Source: Candidatus Krumholzibacteriia bacterium (lineage in GTDB: Bacteria > Krumholzibacteriota > Krumholzibacteriia > LZORAL124-64-63). From it: DNA of 64,000 nucleotides. The notes under the pieces were generated by a model that was given only the letters and a program-made list of their open reading frames with translations, was not told the DNA's origin and searched no databases. The stretch covers positions 128,001 through 192,000 of the forward strand of contig JBFXKG010000008.1 in NCBI GenBank assembly GCA_050174015.1, written 5' to 3'. The first letter of the stretch is position 1. Every line of letters starts with the position of its first letter. Positions 26,252 to 36,447 of the stretch are shown here, in pieces. The position numbers were made by a program, and so were the translations under genes.

Positions 26252-28711
26252 CTACTCTTTCTTTTCCGGCAGCGTGGACGGGTCGATCCTGGTCAGTTCC
26301 CTGGGTCCGGCGACCAGCTCGGCCTTGCCCGCGGCGGTGATGGTGATCGTGGCCGCGCTCCACTCGTCACCCGAGTCGGAGAGCGACCCGTGATAGGTCG
26401 TCACCGTCTGCTGGGGCGTGCCCTCGTTCAGCCTGACCACCACCGTGCAGCCGGTGGGGGTGGGGTTCTCCGAGTCGTGGTCGCTGTAGTAGTGGACCCT
26501 CACGGAATAGGTGCCCGCCGAGGCGGATGAGGTCGTGATGTTCTCGGGACCGTAGCCGTCGGTGTCGTCGAAGTCCAGGTTCAGGCCGCTGGAGGTCGAG
26601 GAATGCGACCAGCCGCAGGATTCGCCGGCGGGATCGGTGACCCACAGGTCGACGTCGGTGCCGCCGGTGTCCCAGGTCAGGGTCACCCGCAGGGCGGCCG
26701 GGGGAACCTGGGCGCGGAAGCTGGTCGTGTCCTCGGCGTGGCGTGAGCCGGAGTCCGCGACGACCAGGACGGAGACGTTCTGGGACTGGGCCGACGCCTC
26801 GACGGCGATGTCCTGGCTGAATCGCCCGTTGCTGAGATTCATCGTGAACACCTGGTCGACGTCCCCGCCGATGGCGAGCTGCGCGGTGGCCAGGGAGGGG
26901 TTGGACACCGAACCCGAGATGTTCAGGACGCGGTCGGTCACCGGGGAACCGATCGGGTCGATCTCGACGCCGAAGACGACGTCGAAGACCATGTCCTGGG
27001 CCAGGGTCACCCCTGCGGTGGAGAACTCCAGGGTCACGGTCCCTTCTTCGGGGCTGTAGTTGACGGGCAGGATGAAGTTCCCGCCGATGGTGGTGCTCCC
27101 GCCGGCCGCGATGGTCACGCTGGAGCCGCCGATCAGCTGCGCGGTGATCCGGTCCTGGCCGTGGAGACTCACGACCCCGGACACCGCCTCGGCGCCGTGG
27201 TTGGCCAGGGTGATGGAGACGCCCACCGTCTCGCCGGGATTGATCTCGCCGTCGTCGAACTGCTCGCTGGAGATCGACCACGACGCGATCTCGACCTCGG
27301 CGCCGGTGGTCCGCACGGTCGCCGAACCCTGCCGGGAGTTGCCGAGGGTGTCGGTGACCTCCAGATCCACCGTGTAGGTCCCGATCTGCTTCGGGGTGAA
27401 CACCAGGGATGCCCCGCTCTGGGACTTGCCCGTGAACTCCCCGCCGGTGATGGTCCAGCTGAAGCTCAGGCTCGAGCCCACGACGCTGGCGGCCGTGGCG
27501 TTCACCGTGACGGGCTGGTCGATGGGACTGGTCTCGGGGCTGGCGGCCACGCCCTCGAGGATGAGGCTGTTGGCCGCGAAGTTGTACATCTCGTGCAGCA
27601 TGGTGGTCGCCTGGTTCTTGACGATCTCCAGGTTCTCCTGCACCGACCGCACGTAGCCCTCGGCGATGACCACGACCTCGTAGACGCCGGTGGCCAGGGG
27701 GATCTGCGTGTCCGGATCGACGCCGTCGACGATGGCGACCTTGGGCTCATCCTCGGGCTGGTCCTTCTTCTGGATGAGGATGGTCTTGCGGGAGGTCAGG
27801 TTGGTCAGGGAGTCGGCGTCCTTGACGATGCTGCGGACCTGGCCCTTGTCGTCCTCGGGCTGGTCGCCGGAGATCATCTGATCGCCGACCTCCGCCAGCG
27901 CGTCGCTGCCGCTGACGGCGCCGACGTAGTTCTTGACCTGGTCCTTGGCGGCCTTCTTCAGGGTGTTGACCGTCTCCGCCTTCTCACCGTTGTCCCAGAG
28001 GTGGACGTCCCCCCTGGTCCGTTTCTTCAGGGGATGATCGTCGGGGAGGTTGCGGTAGTATTCGATCTTCTGCTGGGTGGTCGACCCCTCCAGCTCGCTG
28101 ATGGGCACGTAACCCTCCTGGGAGTCCCCGCGATTGATCGCGTCGATGATCCTCTCGTCCCTGGCGGCGTTGTGTTCCTCGAGGCGCTTGGCGAAATCGG
28201 AGACGATGGGGATGCCCGAGTCCGAGGCGGAGAGAGCCTCGCGAAGGGAATGGGAGCCGCTCAGCACCCGCCAGCTGGTCCGGACCATCTGGCCCGAGGA
28301 GACGACGGACTTCTTCACGACGTTGAAGAGGCCCTTGGCGACGGAGCCGGCGGCGTCCGTGAACATGCCCTTGCCCGCCGAGCCGTAGGCGTGGATGTCG
28401 TCTTCCAGCGCGATCAGGGCGTCCATCTTGGCGCCGACGACGAGGGTCTTCTGGACGTAGTCGTTGACCAAGGTCGTGATCTGGGCGTTGTCCGGGGTCT
28501 TGGCGTTGAAGGCGCCTTCGAGCTGGTCCCAGGAGGCGTCGAGATCCGTGAAGGAGTCCTGGAGTTCCCGGCTCGTGGGCCAGTAGTCGTTGATGCTGTC
28601 CTCCATGTTGCCCGGAGGAGGGGTCGTCGGTCCCGTGGGGTCGTCGCCTCCGCAGCCGGTGATGGTGATCACGAGCAGCAGGGTCAGCAGCAGTCGAGCT
28701 CTTGATGTCAA
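26252..28711 (-). CDS. Large lipoprotein with helical N-terminus, PKD/Ig-like domains and C-terminal YfaP/DUF2135-like domain
   Basis: TTG after GAGGAGG; ITGC lipobox; LRVTLTWD..DVDLWVTDP..LDFDDTDGYGPEN. Confidence 0.8.
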   Translation of the reverse strand: MTSRARLLLTLLLVITITGCGGDDPTGPTTPPPGNMEDSINDYWPTSRELQDSFTDLDASWDQLEGAFNAKTPDNAQITTLVNDYVQKTLVVGAKMDALIALEDDIHAYGSAGKGMFTDAAGSVAKGLFNVVKKSVVSSGQMVRTSWRVLSGSHSLREALSASDSGIPIVSDFAKRLEEHNAARDERIIDAINRGDSQEGYVPISELEGSTTQQKIEYYRNLPDDHPLKKRTRGDVHLWDNGEKAETVNTLKKAAKDQVKNYVGAVSGSDALAEVGDQMISGDQPEDDKGQVRSIVKDADSLTNLTSRKTILIQKKDQPEDEPKVAIVDGVDPDTQIPLATGVYEVVVIAEGYVRSVQENLEIVKNQATTMLHEMYNFAANSLILEGVAASPETSPIDQPVTVNATAASVVGSSLSFSWTITGGEFTGKSQSGASLVFTPKQIGTYTVDLEVTDTLGNSRQGSATVRTTGAEVEIASWSISSEQFDDGEINPGETVGVSITLANHGAEAVSGVVSLHGQDRITAQLIGGSSVTIAAGGSTTIGGNFILPVNYSPEEGTVTLEFSTAGVTLAQDMVFDVVFGVEIDPIGSPVTDRVLNISGSVSNPSLATAQLAIGGDVDQVFTMNLSNGRFSQDIAVEASAQSQNVSVLVVADSGSRHAEDTTSFRAQVPPAALRVTLTWDTGGTDVDLWVTDPAGESCGWSHSSTSSGLNLDFDDTDGYGPENITTSSASAGTYSVRVHYYSDHDSENPTPTGCTVVVRLNEGTPQQTVTTYHGSLSDSGDEWSAATITITAAGKAELVAGPRELTRIDPSTLPEKKE

Positions 28712-28913
28712 GGTCGGCCTCCTCGAAGTTGGGCGAATCGCGGCCGGGAAAATCCTTCCCCGCCGGGTTGTTCTTTTCCCGGTAGCCTCGGCATCGGCCT
28801 CGGGATTCCCGTTGATCCTCCACCACAGCAAAGCTAATGCCCTGCTGCAGCGGGGGATAGAATTTTTTGAAAACACGGGTTCGAAAAAGGAGGAAATGAG
28901 GATTGTTTGCGGC

Positions 28914-30062
28914 TCAGACCGGAGGGCGGTTGCCTTCCCCGTAGCCGGCCATCTCGACGAATCCCCGACCGATGGTCCGGCCGGCGCCGGCCGGTCCCCG
29001 GGAACGGACCTCGACCGCCCCTTCCCAGTAGTGGACGCCCGACAGGCGGGAGACGTTCTCCTGGTCGGGGATCACCGCTTGGAATTCCAGATCGAGGCCG
29101 GCCGAGGGCACCTCCAGGATCCACTTCACCGGGTAGTCGGCGCCGGTGACCGGACTGCGCCACCGGTCCTGCGTTTCCAGCCGGAAATCGCCGTCCGCCA
29201 GGGGAGTGGTCGATCCGTCGGGAGCGACCAGGGTGCCCGACGCGAACCCGTCTCCTCCCTCCGGACCGAAGAGCCGGTAGACCATCAGTTCGCGGCCGTC
29301 GGCCAGCTGGAGGCTGACCCAGTCCCAGCCCTTCTGATCGGGGGCCAGGGTGCTGGTGAAGATCTCCTGGTCCATCCAGCACTCCCCGCGGACGCGGACC
29401 ATGGCCCCGTTCCGCATCACCGATCCGCTGACCTCCATGCGGGTGAAGGCGGCGTACAGGCTGCCGGCGGTGCCGGCGGCGTTCTTGGCGCTGAACCCGA
29501 GGTCGCCGTGCAGGACCACCGGCTTGGCCGGCCGGCAGTCCAGCGCGAAGGCCAGCCCCTGGCGGTCATCGGACGCCCGCAGGGCGAACGCCTGCCCGTC
29601 GAAGCCGAGGGACCAGAGATCGGCCGTGCCGCCCGGTCCCCGGCACCAGGCGATGACGGTGTCCCCGGGAGCGCCGAACCCGCCCAGCAGCGGGGTCGCC
29701 CGCCACAGGACCTCGCTGAAGACGTGGTTCCCCGCGGCGGCATCGCTGATCGCGGCGTGGGCCATGACGCCGCCGCGGGCGGCAAGACCCGTCTCCGGCG
29801 TTCCCGTTCCCGGGGGCACCATGCCCAGCCTGAAGAAGGTCAGCTGGAAGCCGAGGGCGTCGCCCGGGACCCCGGCGACGTCCTCCGGTTCGAGGTGCCC
29901 GGTGAAGTACCACCACTCGGTCTTGAATTCGGGATGGGCGAAGTGGTCGCGGGGCCATTCCCACCGGTACCCCGGAGCGGCCTGGCGCCAGCCGGAGTCG
30001 GATCCCGCCCCGCAGGGAAGGGCCAGCGCAGCGGTCAGGATCAGCCAGGTCCACCTTGCCAT
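28914..30062 (-). CDS. Lipocalin-like AttH/CrtC family secreted protein
   Basis: PRDH..HPEFKTEWWYFTG, GFQLTFFR, GWDW, YWEGAV, GFVEMAGY. Confidence 0.9.
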   Translation of the reverse strand: MARWTWLILTAALALPCGAGSDSGWRQAAPGYRWEWPRDHFAHPEFKTEWWYFTGHLEPEDVAGVPGDALGFQLTFFRLGMVPPGTGTPETGLAARGGVMAHAAISDAAAGNHVFSEVLWRATPLLGGFGAPGDTVIAWCRGPGGTADLWSLGFDGQAFALRASDDRQGLAFALDCRPAKPVVLHGDLGFSAKNAAGTAGSLYAAFTRMEVSGSVMRNGAMVRVRGECWMDQEIFTSTLAPDQKGWDWVSLQLADGRELMVYRLFGPEGGDGFASGTLVAPDGSTTPLADGDFRLETQDRWRSPVTGADYPVKWILEVPSAGLDLEFQAVIPDQENVSRLSGVHYWEGAVEVRSRGPAGAGRTIGRGFVEMAGYGEGNRPPV

Positions 30063-30070
30063 GGGGCTCC

Positions 30071-32641
30071 TCACAGGTCGTCCCGGCTCAGCTGGGCGGG
30101 GCTGGACAGCCCCGACTTCCAGGCCGGGTAGATGCCGGCGGCAAGGGCCGCGCCGAGGATGACGGCGACCTCCAGGGAGAGGGCGCCCAGCGGCACGTCC
30201 GGGCGGATCGTCCAGCCGAACCAGTCGCGGTTGATGACCAGGATGAGCAGGGCGGCCAGGCCTGCGCCGCCGCCGAGACCCATCGCCAGCCCCAGGCCGG
30301 CCATGGCGAGGCCTTCGCCGAGGAACATGCGTGAGATCTGGCCGCGGGTCGCCCCGAGGGCGCGGAACAGGGCGAGCTCCCCGGCGCGCTCCCGGACCTG
30401 GATGAGCTGGGCGAGGGCCAGACCGCAGGCGGCGATGAACAGCGCCATGGTCTGCAGGGTGCGCGTGACGGCGAACGTCTGGTCGAAGATGTCCAGGACT
30501 TCCCGGCGCAGGGTGGCGTTGCTGCGGAAGACCAGAGGGCGCCCCTGGTGGATCCGCTGGAGCTCGGCGACCACGGCGTCGGGATCGGCGCCGGGCCGAA
30601 GGAACAGCGCGGCGTTGTTGGGCTGGTCGGAGCGGAAGTGTCGCCCGAAGGTCTCCAGGGTCGTGAACGCCGTGCCGGCCTCGCTGGTGTAGTCGAAGGC
30701 CACTCCGGCGATGGGCAGGGAAACCGGCCCGTCGGGACCCGCGAGAACCAGGTCGTCCCCGGGTCCAAGCCCGGCCTTGCGGGCCAGGGGCTCGCCGATG
30801 ACCACGGCCTCGGCGTCGAGCAACCGTCCGGCCACAGTCTCCGGGTCGCCCGCGTAAAGGGGAAGACGGGAGGCGAGGGTGACGCCGGGGACCGCCGAGA
30901 AGGCGATGCCGCTGAGCCAGACCCGGTGGCGGCCGTCGGCGGTGCTCACGCGCAGGCGGCGCTGGGTCTCGACGGCCTGGACGTCCGGTCTGCCGCCCAG
31001 CGCGGCCAGCAGATCCCCGTCGAGGAACGCCTCGTTGCCGGCGCGGACCCACGACTCGGTGGAGACGTAGACGTCGGCCCGGATGGTCACGTCGAGCCAG
31101 GTGACCAGCGTCTGGCGGAAGCTGCCGACCAGCAGGGTGATCCCGACCATCATGCTGATGGTCACCGCCAGGGCCGCCACCGCGAAGCTGCTGGTGCGCA
31201 GGCGGATGGTCAGGTTGCGCAGGCTGAGGACCCAGCCCAGGCCGCGGGGGCGCAGGGGGGCTCCCGCCGTCCGGATCACGCCCGGAACCAGGAGCGGCAG
31301 GCCGATGAGCATGACGAAGCCGAGGATGAAGCCGGCGTAACGGTTGTCCCCGCCGGCGGCGGCGAACCAGAGCAGGCCCGCGGCCATCGCCGCGACGGCG
31401 AGCAGGGCGAGCGGAATCGCGGTGCGCCGCGCTCCCTCGTGGATCGTCAGCGGCGAGAGCAGTTCGACCACCCCCCGGCGCGACATGTCGATCGCCGGCA
31501 GGATCGCCCCGCAGAGGGCGCCGCCCAGCCCGACCGCCGCCCCGAGGACGATGACCGAGGGGGTGAGGACCAGGCGCGAGATCTCTTCCAGGACGTAGAT
31601 GCTGGTCAGGGTGGCGCTCACCGTCTCCACGTTCCACAGGGCGATCCGGAATCCGGTGGGGATGCCGATGACCACGCCCAGCAGGCCCAGCACCCCCGCC
31701 TCGGCCAGGATCAGGACGAGGACCTGGCGGGGTTGCATCCCCAGGACGCGCAGGACCCCGAATTCCCGCCGCCTGCGGACCAGGCTCGCCTGGACGCTGG
31801 CCAGGACGAGGAACAGGCCCACGAACACGCTGATCAGGCTCAGGGCGGTCAGGTTCAACCGGAAGGCAGCCAGCAGTCCGGAGGCGTCCTCGGCCCGCTG
31901 CTCGGGAGTCAGGACCCGCACGCCGGGTCCGAGGTTCCGCTGGAGCCTGGCGGCCGCCGTCCCGGGATCCTCGTCCCCGGCGAGGACGATGTCGATCTGG
32001 TGGATGGCGTCGGGCCGGGCGAGCAGGGCCTGGGCCTGGGCGACGTCCATCACGGCGATGTCCACCGGAGCCAGGGGTTCGTAGCGCTGGAAGTCGACCA
32101 GGGCGCCGATGACCAGCCGGGCCAGGCGGCTGCCGCTGCTGACGGTGACCGTGTCGCCGACCGCCCAGCCGTGTCCGGCGGCGAGTCGGGGGGTGACGGC
32201 GCACCAGCCGGGCACGGCCATGGCGGCGGCCACCAGGCCCCCGGGATCGGCGGCCGCGCCGGTATCGTCCAGCTGCCGGGTCAACGGGTAGCGGACGGGC
32301 GCGAAGACGTCGAAGCCCACGATCTGGATGAGGTCGCCCGTGCCGTCCGCCAGGGCGGCGTCGAAGCGGCAAAGGGGCCAGGCGTCCCTGACCGCAGGAT
32401 CGGCCAGGACCCGGGGCAGCAACGCGGGGTCGATGGTGGGGACGGTGCCCAGGACCGTCAGGTCGGCCTGACCGCTGACTGCCCGGACGCTGCCTCCGAA
32501 GGCCTGCAGGGCCCCCTGGTTGAGGGTCTGGATGGCGACGACCGAACCCACGCCCAGGCTGACGCCCACCACCGTCAGCAGCAGCAGGGTCCGTCCTTCG
32601 CGGACCAGACCCAGCAGACCGTGGGCGAGCACGCGGATCAC
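30071..32641 (-). CDS. FtsX/MacB-like ABC permease (AttF/G-like)
   Basis: RRREFGVLRVLG, IFDQTFAVT, INRDWFGW. Confidence 0.9.
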   Translation of the reverse strand: MIRVLAHGLLGLVREGRTLLLLTVVGVSLGVGSVVAIQTLNQGALQAFGGSVRAVSGQADLTVLGTVPTIDPALLPRVLADPAVRDAWPLCRFDAALADGTGDLIQIVGFDVFAPVRYPLTRQLDDTGAAADPGGLVAAAMAVPGWCAVTPRLAAGHGWAVGDTVTVSSGSRLARLVIGALVDFQRYEPLAPVDIAVMDVAQAQALLARPDAIHQIDIVLAGDEDPGTAAARLQRNLGPGVRVLTPEQRAEDASGLLAAFRLNLTALSLISVFVGLFLVLASVQASLVRRRREFGVLRVLGMQPRQVLVLILAEAGVLGLLGVVIGIPTGFRIALWNVETVSATLTSIYVLEEISRLVLTPSVIVLGAAVGLGGALCGAILPAIDMSRRGVVELLSPLTIHEGARRTAIPLALLAVAAMAAGLLWFAAAGGDNRYAGFILGFVMLIGLPLLVPGVIRTAGAPLRPRGLGWVLSLRNLTIRLRTSSFAVAALAVTISMMVGITLLVGSFRQTLVTWLDVTIRADVYVSTESWVRAGNEAFLDGDLLAALGGRPDVQAVETQRRLRVSTADGRHRVWLSGIAFSAVPGVTLASRLPLYAGDPETVAGRLLDAEAVVIGEPLARKAGLGPGDDLVLAGPDGPVSLPIAGVAFDYTSEAGTAFTTLETFGRHFRSDQPNNAALFLRPGADPDAVVAELQRIHQGRPLVFRSNATLRREVLDIFDQTFAVTRTLQTMALFIAACGLALAQLIQVRERAGELALFRALGATRGQISRMFLGEGLAMAGLGLAMGLGGGAGLAALLILVINRDWFGWTIRPDVPLGALSLEVAVILGAALAAGIYPAWKSGLSSPAQLSRDDL

Positions 32642-33342
32642 GAGGGGACGCCCGGATCCGGCCGCAGCCGGCCGTCGTGGAGCTCGAAGATGCGCTCGGC
32701 GCGTGCGGCGAGGGCCCGGCTGTGGGTCACCAGCAACAGGGCGCACCGTTCCGCCTCGGCCATCTCCAGCAGGAGGTCCAGGATGACCCGTCCGGTGCGG
32801 TCGTCCAGGCTGCCGGTGGGCTCGTCGGCCAGCAGCAGGGAGGGCTTGTTCAGCAGGGCCCGGCAGAGGGCCACCCGCTGCATCTCCCCTCCGGACAGGC
32901 GTCCCACCGGATCCCGGGCCCGGTCCGCCAGGCCGACCCGATCGAGCAGCTCCCCGACGCGCGTCGCCAGCCCTCCGCCCGGACGCCCGTCGATCCAGCC
33001 GGGCAGGGCGACGTTCTCGGCCACGTTCAGGTGGGGCAGCAGGTGGAAGAACTGGAAGACGATGCCGATCCGGTCGCGGCGCAGCCGGGTCCGCGCGTTC
33101 TCGGTCATCCCTCCGAGATCCTCGCCGTCGATCAGCACCCTGCCCGAGGTGGGCACCGCGATGCCGGCCGCCAGGTGGAGCAGCGTGGTCTTGCCGCTGC
33201 CGCTGCGGCCGACCAGGGCCAGGCACTGGCCGGGGTGAAGGGAAAGATCGACCCCGTCGAGCACGGTGCGGGCCGGACCGGATTCCCCAGGAAAGACCAT
33301 CCCGACGCGATCGAGGACGAGGGCGGGGGACGGTCCGTTCAC
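32638..33342 (-). CDS. ABC transporter ATP-binding protein (LolD/AttE-like)
   Basis: GRSGSGKT, LSGGEMQR, ADEPTG. Confidence 0.92.
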   Translation of the reverse strand: MNGPSPALVLDRVGMVFPGESGPARTVLDGVDLSLHPGQCLALVGRSGSGKTTLLHLAAGIAVPTSGRVLIDGEDLGGMTENARTRLRRDRIGIVFQFFHLLPHLNVAENVALPGWIDGRPGGGLATRVGELLDRVGLADRARDPVGRLSGGEMQRVALCRALLNKPSLLLADEPTGSLDDRTGRVILDLLLEMAEAERCALLLVTHSRALAARAERIFELHDGRLRPDPGVPS

Positions 33343-33374
33343 GATCAGCGTCCTTCCGTGGCCGGGTCCCGGAT

Positions 33375-33704
33375 TCAGCGGCGGAACAGGGCCTTGACGG
33401 AGCCGAAGGCGCGGGGCGCCGCCGGCACCGCCGGGTTGGCCCCGAACACCAGGTGGTCGACGACGAAGGCGTCCCCGCGGCCGCCCAGGGAGACGCTCAC
33501 GATGGGTTCGAAGGGGTCGTCGCTGCTGATCAGGAGAAACCCGTTGCGCTGGGGAGTCAAGGGAAAGCCCAGGGCCAGCTCCGCATCGGGCGTTCCCCAC
33601 CGTTCGGCGGGGATGTGGACGACGTCGAAGGCTCCCCGGACGGGGGAGGCTCCGCCGTTCAGGAGGATGCAGGCGGCGGCCGTCAGGAGGATCCTCTGGG
33701 TCAT
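33375..33704 (-). CDS. Small secreted hypothetical protein with FGSVKALFRR C-terminus
   Basis: AGGA RBS, signal-like N-terminus, amphipathic C-terminal motif. Confidence 0.65.
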   Translation of the reverse strand: MTQRILLTAAACILLNGGASPVRGAFDVVHIPAERWGTPDAELALGFPLTPQRNGFLLISSDDPFEPIVSVSLGGRGDAFVVDHLVFGANPAVPAAPRAFGSVKALFRR

Positions 33705-34456
33705 GGCGGCGTTCCTTTCCTGGCGTGGAGGATGCCGATCACGGCATCCTGCATGTCTTCCACCCAGAGACCGTACATGGCCATCGAGAAGTGGAGTCCG
33801 TCCCGGGCCACCAGATCGCTGCGGCCGGCGGCCGTCCGGGACAGGGGGGTGATGTCCAGCCAGTGGGCTCCGCCGTCCAGGGCGACGGGGCAGGCGGCCG
33901 CGTTGAACGCGTCGATGGCCGCGGAGACCGCCGCGCCGCCGAAGAGTTCGCCCACGGGCGTGATTCCGTAATCGGGAATCGAGAAGACGATGACGCGGTC
34001 CGGACGTCCGCCCGCCGCTGTGACGGCGCGCCCGACGATGGCCTGCAGGTCGGCGGCGAAGGCGTCCGGCGCCATGCCCTGGAACTGGTTGTTGACCCCG
34101 ATCATCACCGTGACGAGGTCATGGGTCCCCGTCGGCGGCGTGCGGTCGAGCGCTGCGAGGAGGTCCCCGGTGGTCCAGCCGGTGGCCGCGAGGCTGGTCA
34201 CCGCGAGGGTGTCGCCGCGGACCAGCAGGGAGTCGGCCAGCTGGCGCGGCCAGGCGCCCCGCTCGGGCACGCCTTCGCCCACGGTGTAGGAATCCCCGAG
34301 GGCGAGCAGGGAAAAGGTCCGGGTGGCGACGGGCCCGGGTCCGGGAGCCGTCGGGCCCGGATGATCCAGGCACCCTCCCGCGCAAGACAGCGCCGCGAGG
34401 ACGGTGCACGCAAGGATCCCGGGCGCGGCAGGCTTGCCGTGCGGCATCATGGGCAT
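33701..34456 (-). CDS. SGNH/GDSL hydrolase lipoprotein
   Basis: LALGDSYT, GWTT, IGVNN, DGLH. Confidence 0.9.
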   Translation of the reverse strand: MPMMPHGKPAAPGILACTVLAALSCAGGCLDHPGPTAPGPGPVATRTFSLLALGDSYTVGEGVPERGAWPRQLADSLLVRGDTLAVTSLAATGWTTGDLLAALDRTPPTGTHDLVTVMIGVNNQFQGMAPDAFAADLQAIVGRAVTAAGGRPDRVIVFSIPDYGITPVGELFGGAAVSAAIDAFNAAACPVALDGGAHWLDITPLSRTAAGRSDLVARDGLHFSMAMYGLWVEDMQDAVIGILHARKGTPP

Positions 34457-34554
34457 ACCTCGAGTGGATGAGGGGACCGGGCGGGTGGTTCGGATCCCCG
34501 TTCATGAATGAACAATGTATAACCGGTTCGCGGATCCGCTACCGGGTCGGAGAG

Positions 34555-35040
34555 TCAGGCGATGGCTCCGGGCAGGCCGGCCAGGCGCCGCAGCACGCCC
34601 AGCTGTCCGGCGTGGTAGGCCTCGTGGAACTGGAGGAGGCCCAGCCCCTCGGCCAGGGTGCAACGCCCCAGGGGAGGAGGCAGGTCGACGACCCTGGCCA
34701 GCTGCTCGGGCCCCAGGCCGGGAATGGCGGCGGCGATCTTCTCCTGGGAAGCGTGGAAGAGCTCCAGCAGATCGGCCAGGGGGATGCCGGGGTTCCCGGC
34801 ATCCACGCTTGCGTTTCCGCGTTCGTAGGGCGATGCCGCCTCTCGCGACAGGGCGGGCTCCAGCCCGAGCAGGAAGTGGACTCCGTTGCGGCCGGTCAGG
34901 ATGTGGCCCAGGATCCAGTTGGCGCTGCTCCCGCCCCGTGGCGGGCACGCCAGAGCCTGTTCCTCGGTCATGCCCTCGAGGTTCACCCCCACGACGTGGG
35001 CGGTGAAGCGGAACTGCTTGGCCAGGACGCCGGTGATCAT
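34555..35040 (-). CDS. DinB family protein
   Basis: WILGH ... FHEAYHAGQL. Confidence 0.88.
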   Translation of the reverse strand: MITGVLAKQFRFTAHVVGVNLEGMTEEQALACPPRGGSSANWILGHILTGRNGVHFLLGLEPALSREAASPYERGNASVDAGNPGIPLADLLELFHASQEKIAAAIPGLGPEQLARVVDLPPPLGRCTLAEGLGLLQFHEAYHAGQLGVLRRLAGLPGAIA

Positions 35041-35042
35041 GA

Positions 35043-36443
35043 TCACTCCTTGACCAGCATCCGGGCGGCCTCGTAGACCGTCTCCGAGAGCGTGGGATGG
35101 GGATGGATGGTCTTGCGCAGGTCCTCGCCGGTGGCGGCCATCTCCATCGCCAGCACGCCCTCGGCGATCAGTTCCCCGGCGCCGGGGCCGGCGACGGCGA
35201 TCCCGAGCACCGCGTCGGATTCCGGATCGGTGATCACCTTGGTGAGGCCGTCCTCCCGGCCGAGGGTCAGGGTGCGGCCGTTGCCGCGCCAGGGCAGCTT
35301 CGCGGTCTGGACCTTGCGACCCTGTTCGCGGGCCTGGGTCTCGGTCAGCCCGCACCAGGCGATCTCCGGATCGGTGAACACCACGGCGGGAATGGCGCGG
35401 GGATCGTAGACGGCCTTGCGCCCCGCGGCCGCCTCCGCGGCCACGTCCGCCTCTCCGTAGGCCTTGTGGGCCAGCATGGGTTCGCCTGCGATGTCACCGA
35501 CGGCGAAGATGTGGGAGACCCGGGTCCGGCGCTGGGCGTCCACGGGGACGAAGCCCTTGGCGTCGACCTCGATGCCTGCGGCCTCGAGGCCGAGATTCTC
35601 CGTGTTGGGCCGCCTTCCGATGGAGATCAGGACGCGGTCGAAGGTCTGCTCCTGCGACCCCTTCTTGTCCTCGAGAGTGACCTTGACGCCGCCCTTCTGC
35701 TCCTTCATCGCCGCAACCTTGGTGGACAGCATGATGGACGCGAACTGTCCGTCCAGGCGTCGCTTGAGCACCGAGACCAGGTCGCGGTCGCAGCCGGGGA
35801 GCAGCCCGTTCGTCATCTCGACGACGGACACCTTGCTCCCCAGGGCCGCGTAGACGGATCCGAGCTCCAGGCCGATGTACCCGCCGCCGACCACCAGCAG
35901 GGAACCGGGCACGTCCTTCAGGGCCAGGGCTCCGGTGGAATCGACGATGCGGTCGCTGGCCTCGATCCCGGGGAGCATGATGGGACGGGATCCGGTGGCG
36001 ATGATGGCCTGCTCGAAGGTCATCTCGCCCTGGAGTCCTCCGGCTGCGGACACCTGCAGGGTGCTGGGCCCGGTCAGGCGGGCGGTGCCCCGCACGTGCG
36101 TGATCTTCTTCTGCTGGACCTTCATGCCCAGGCCGCCGGTGAGCTTGCCGATCACCTCGTCCTTCCAGGTCCGCACCCGGTCCACGTCGATCTCCGGTGG
36201 CGCGAACTTCACGCCGATGGCCTCGGATTCGGCGGTCTCGTTCACCAGCTTGGCCACGTGCAGCAGGGCCTTGCTGGGGATGCAGCCGCGGTAGAGGCAG
36301 ACCCCGCCGGGATTCTCGGCGGGATCGATCAGGGTGACCTCGAGGCCGAGTTCGGCCGCCTTGAATGCCGCGTGGTATCCCCCGGGACCCGCCCCGATCA
36401 CGACCAGCGAAGCCTTCGCGGGGATGGTGCTCGTCTCAGCCAT
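35043..36443 (-). CDS. lpdA: Dihydrolipoyl dehydrogenase
   Basis: GAGPGG, GGVCLYRGCIPSK, HPHPTLSE. Confidence 0.96.
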   Translation of the reverse strand: MAETSTIPAKASLVVIGAGPGGYHAAFKAAELGLEVTLIDPAENPGGVCLYRGCIPSKALLHVAKLVNETAESEAIGVKFAPPEIDVDRVRTWKDEVIGKLTGGLGMKVQQKKITHVRGTARLTGPSTLQVSAAGGLQGEMTFEQAIIATGSRPIMLPGIEASDRIVDSTGALALKDVPGSLLVVGGGYIGLELGSVYAALGSKVSVVEMTNGLLPGCDRDLVSVLKRRLDGQFASIMLSTKVAAMKEQKGGVKVTLEDKKGSQEQTFDRVLISIGRRPNTENLGLEAAGIEVDAKGFVPVDAQRRTRVSHIFAVGDIAGEPMLAHKAYGEADVAAEAAAGRKAVYDPRAIPAVVFTDPEIAWCGLTETQAREQGRKVQTAKLPWRGNGRTLTLGREDGLTKVITDPESDAVLGIAVAGPGAGELIAEGVLAMEMAATGEDLRKTIHPHPTLSETVYEAARMLVKE

Positions 36444-36447
36444 GCTG

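Noticed and set aside
28914..32372. 1152-aa minus-strand ORF
   Set aside because: Only the last 382 codons (from 30062) are the AttH-like gene; the rest overlaps the permease in another frame.
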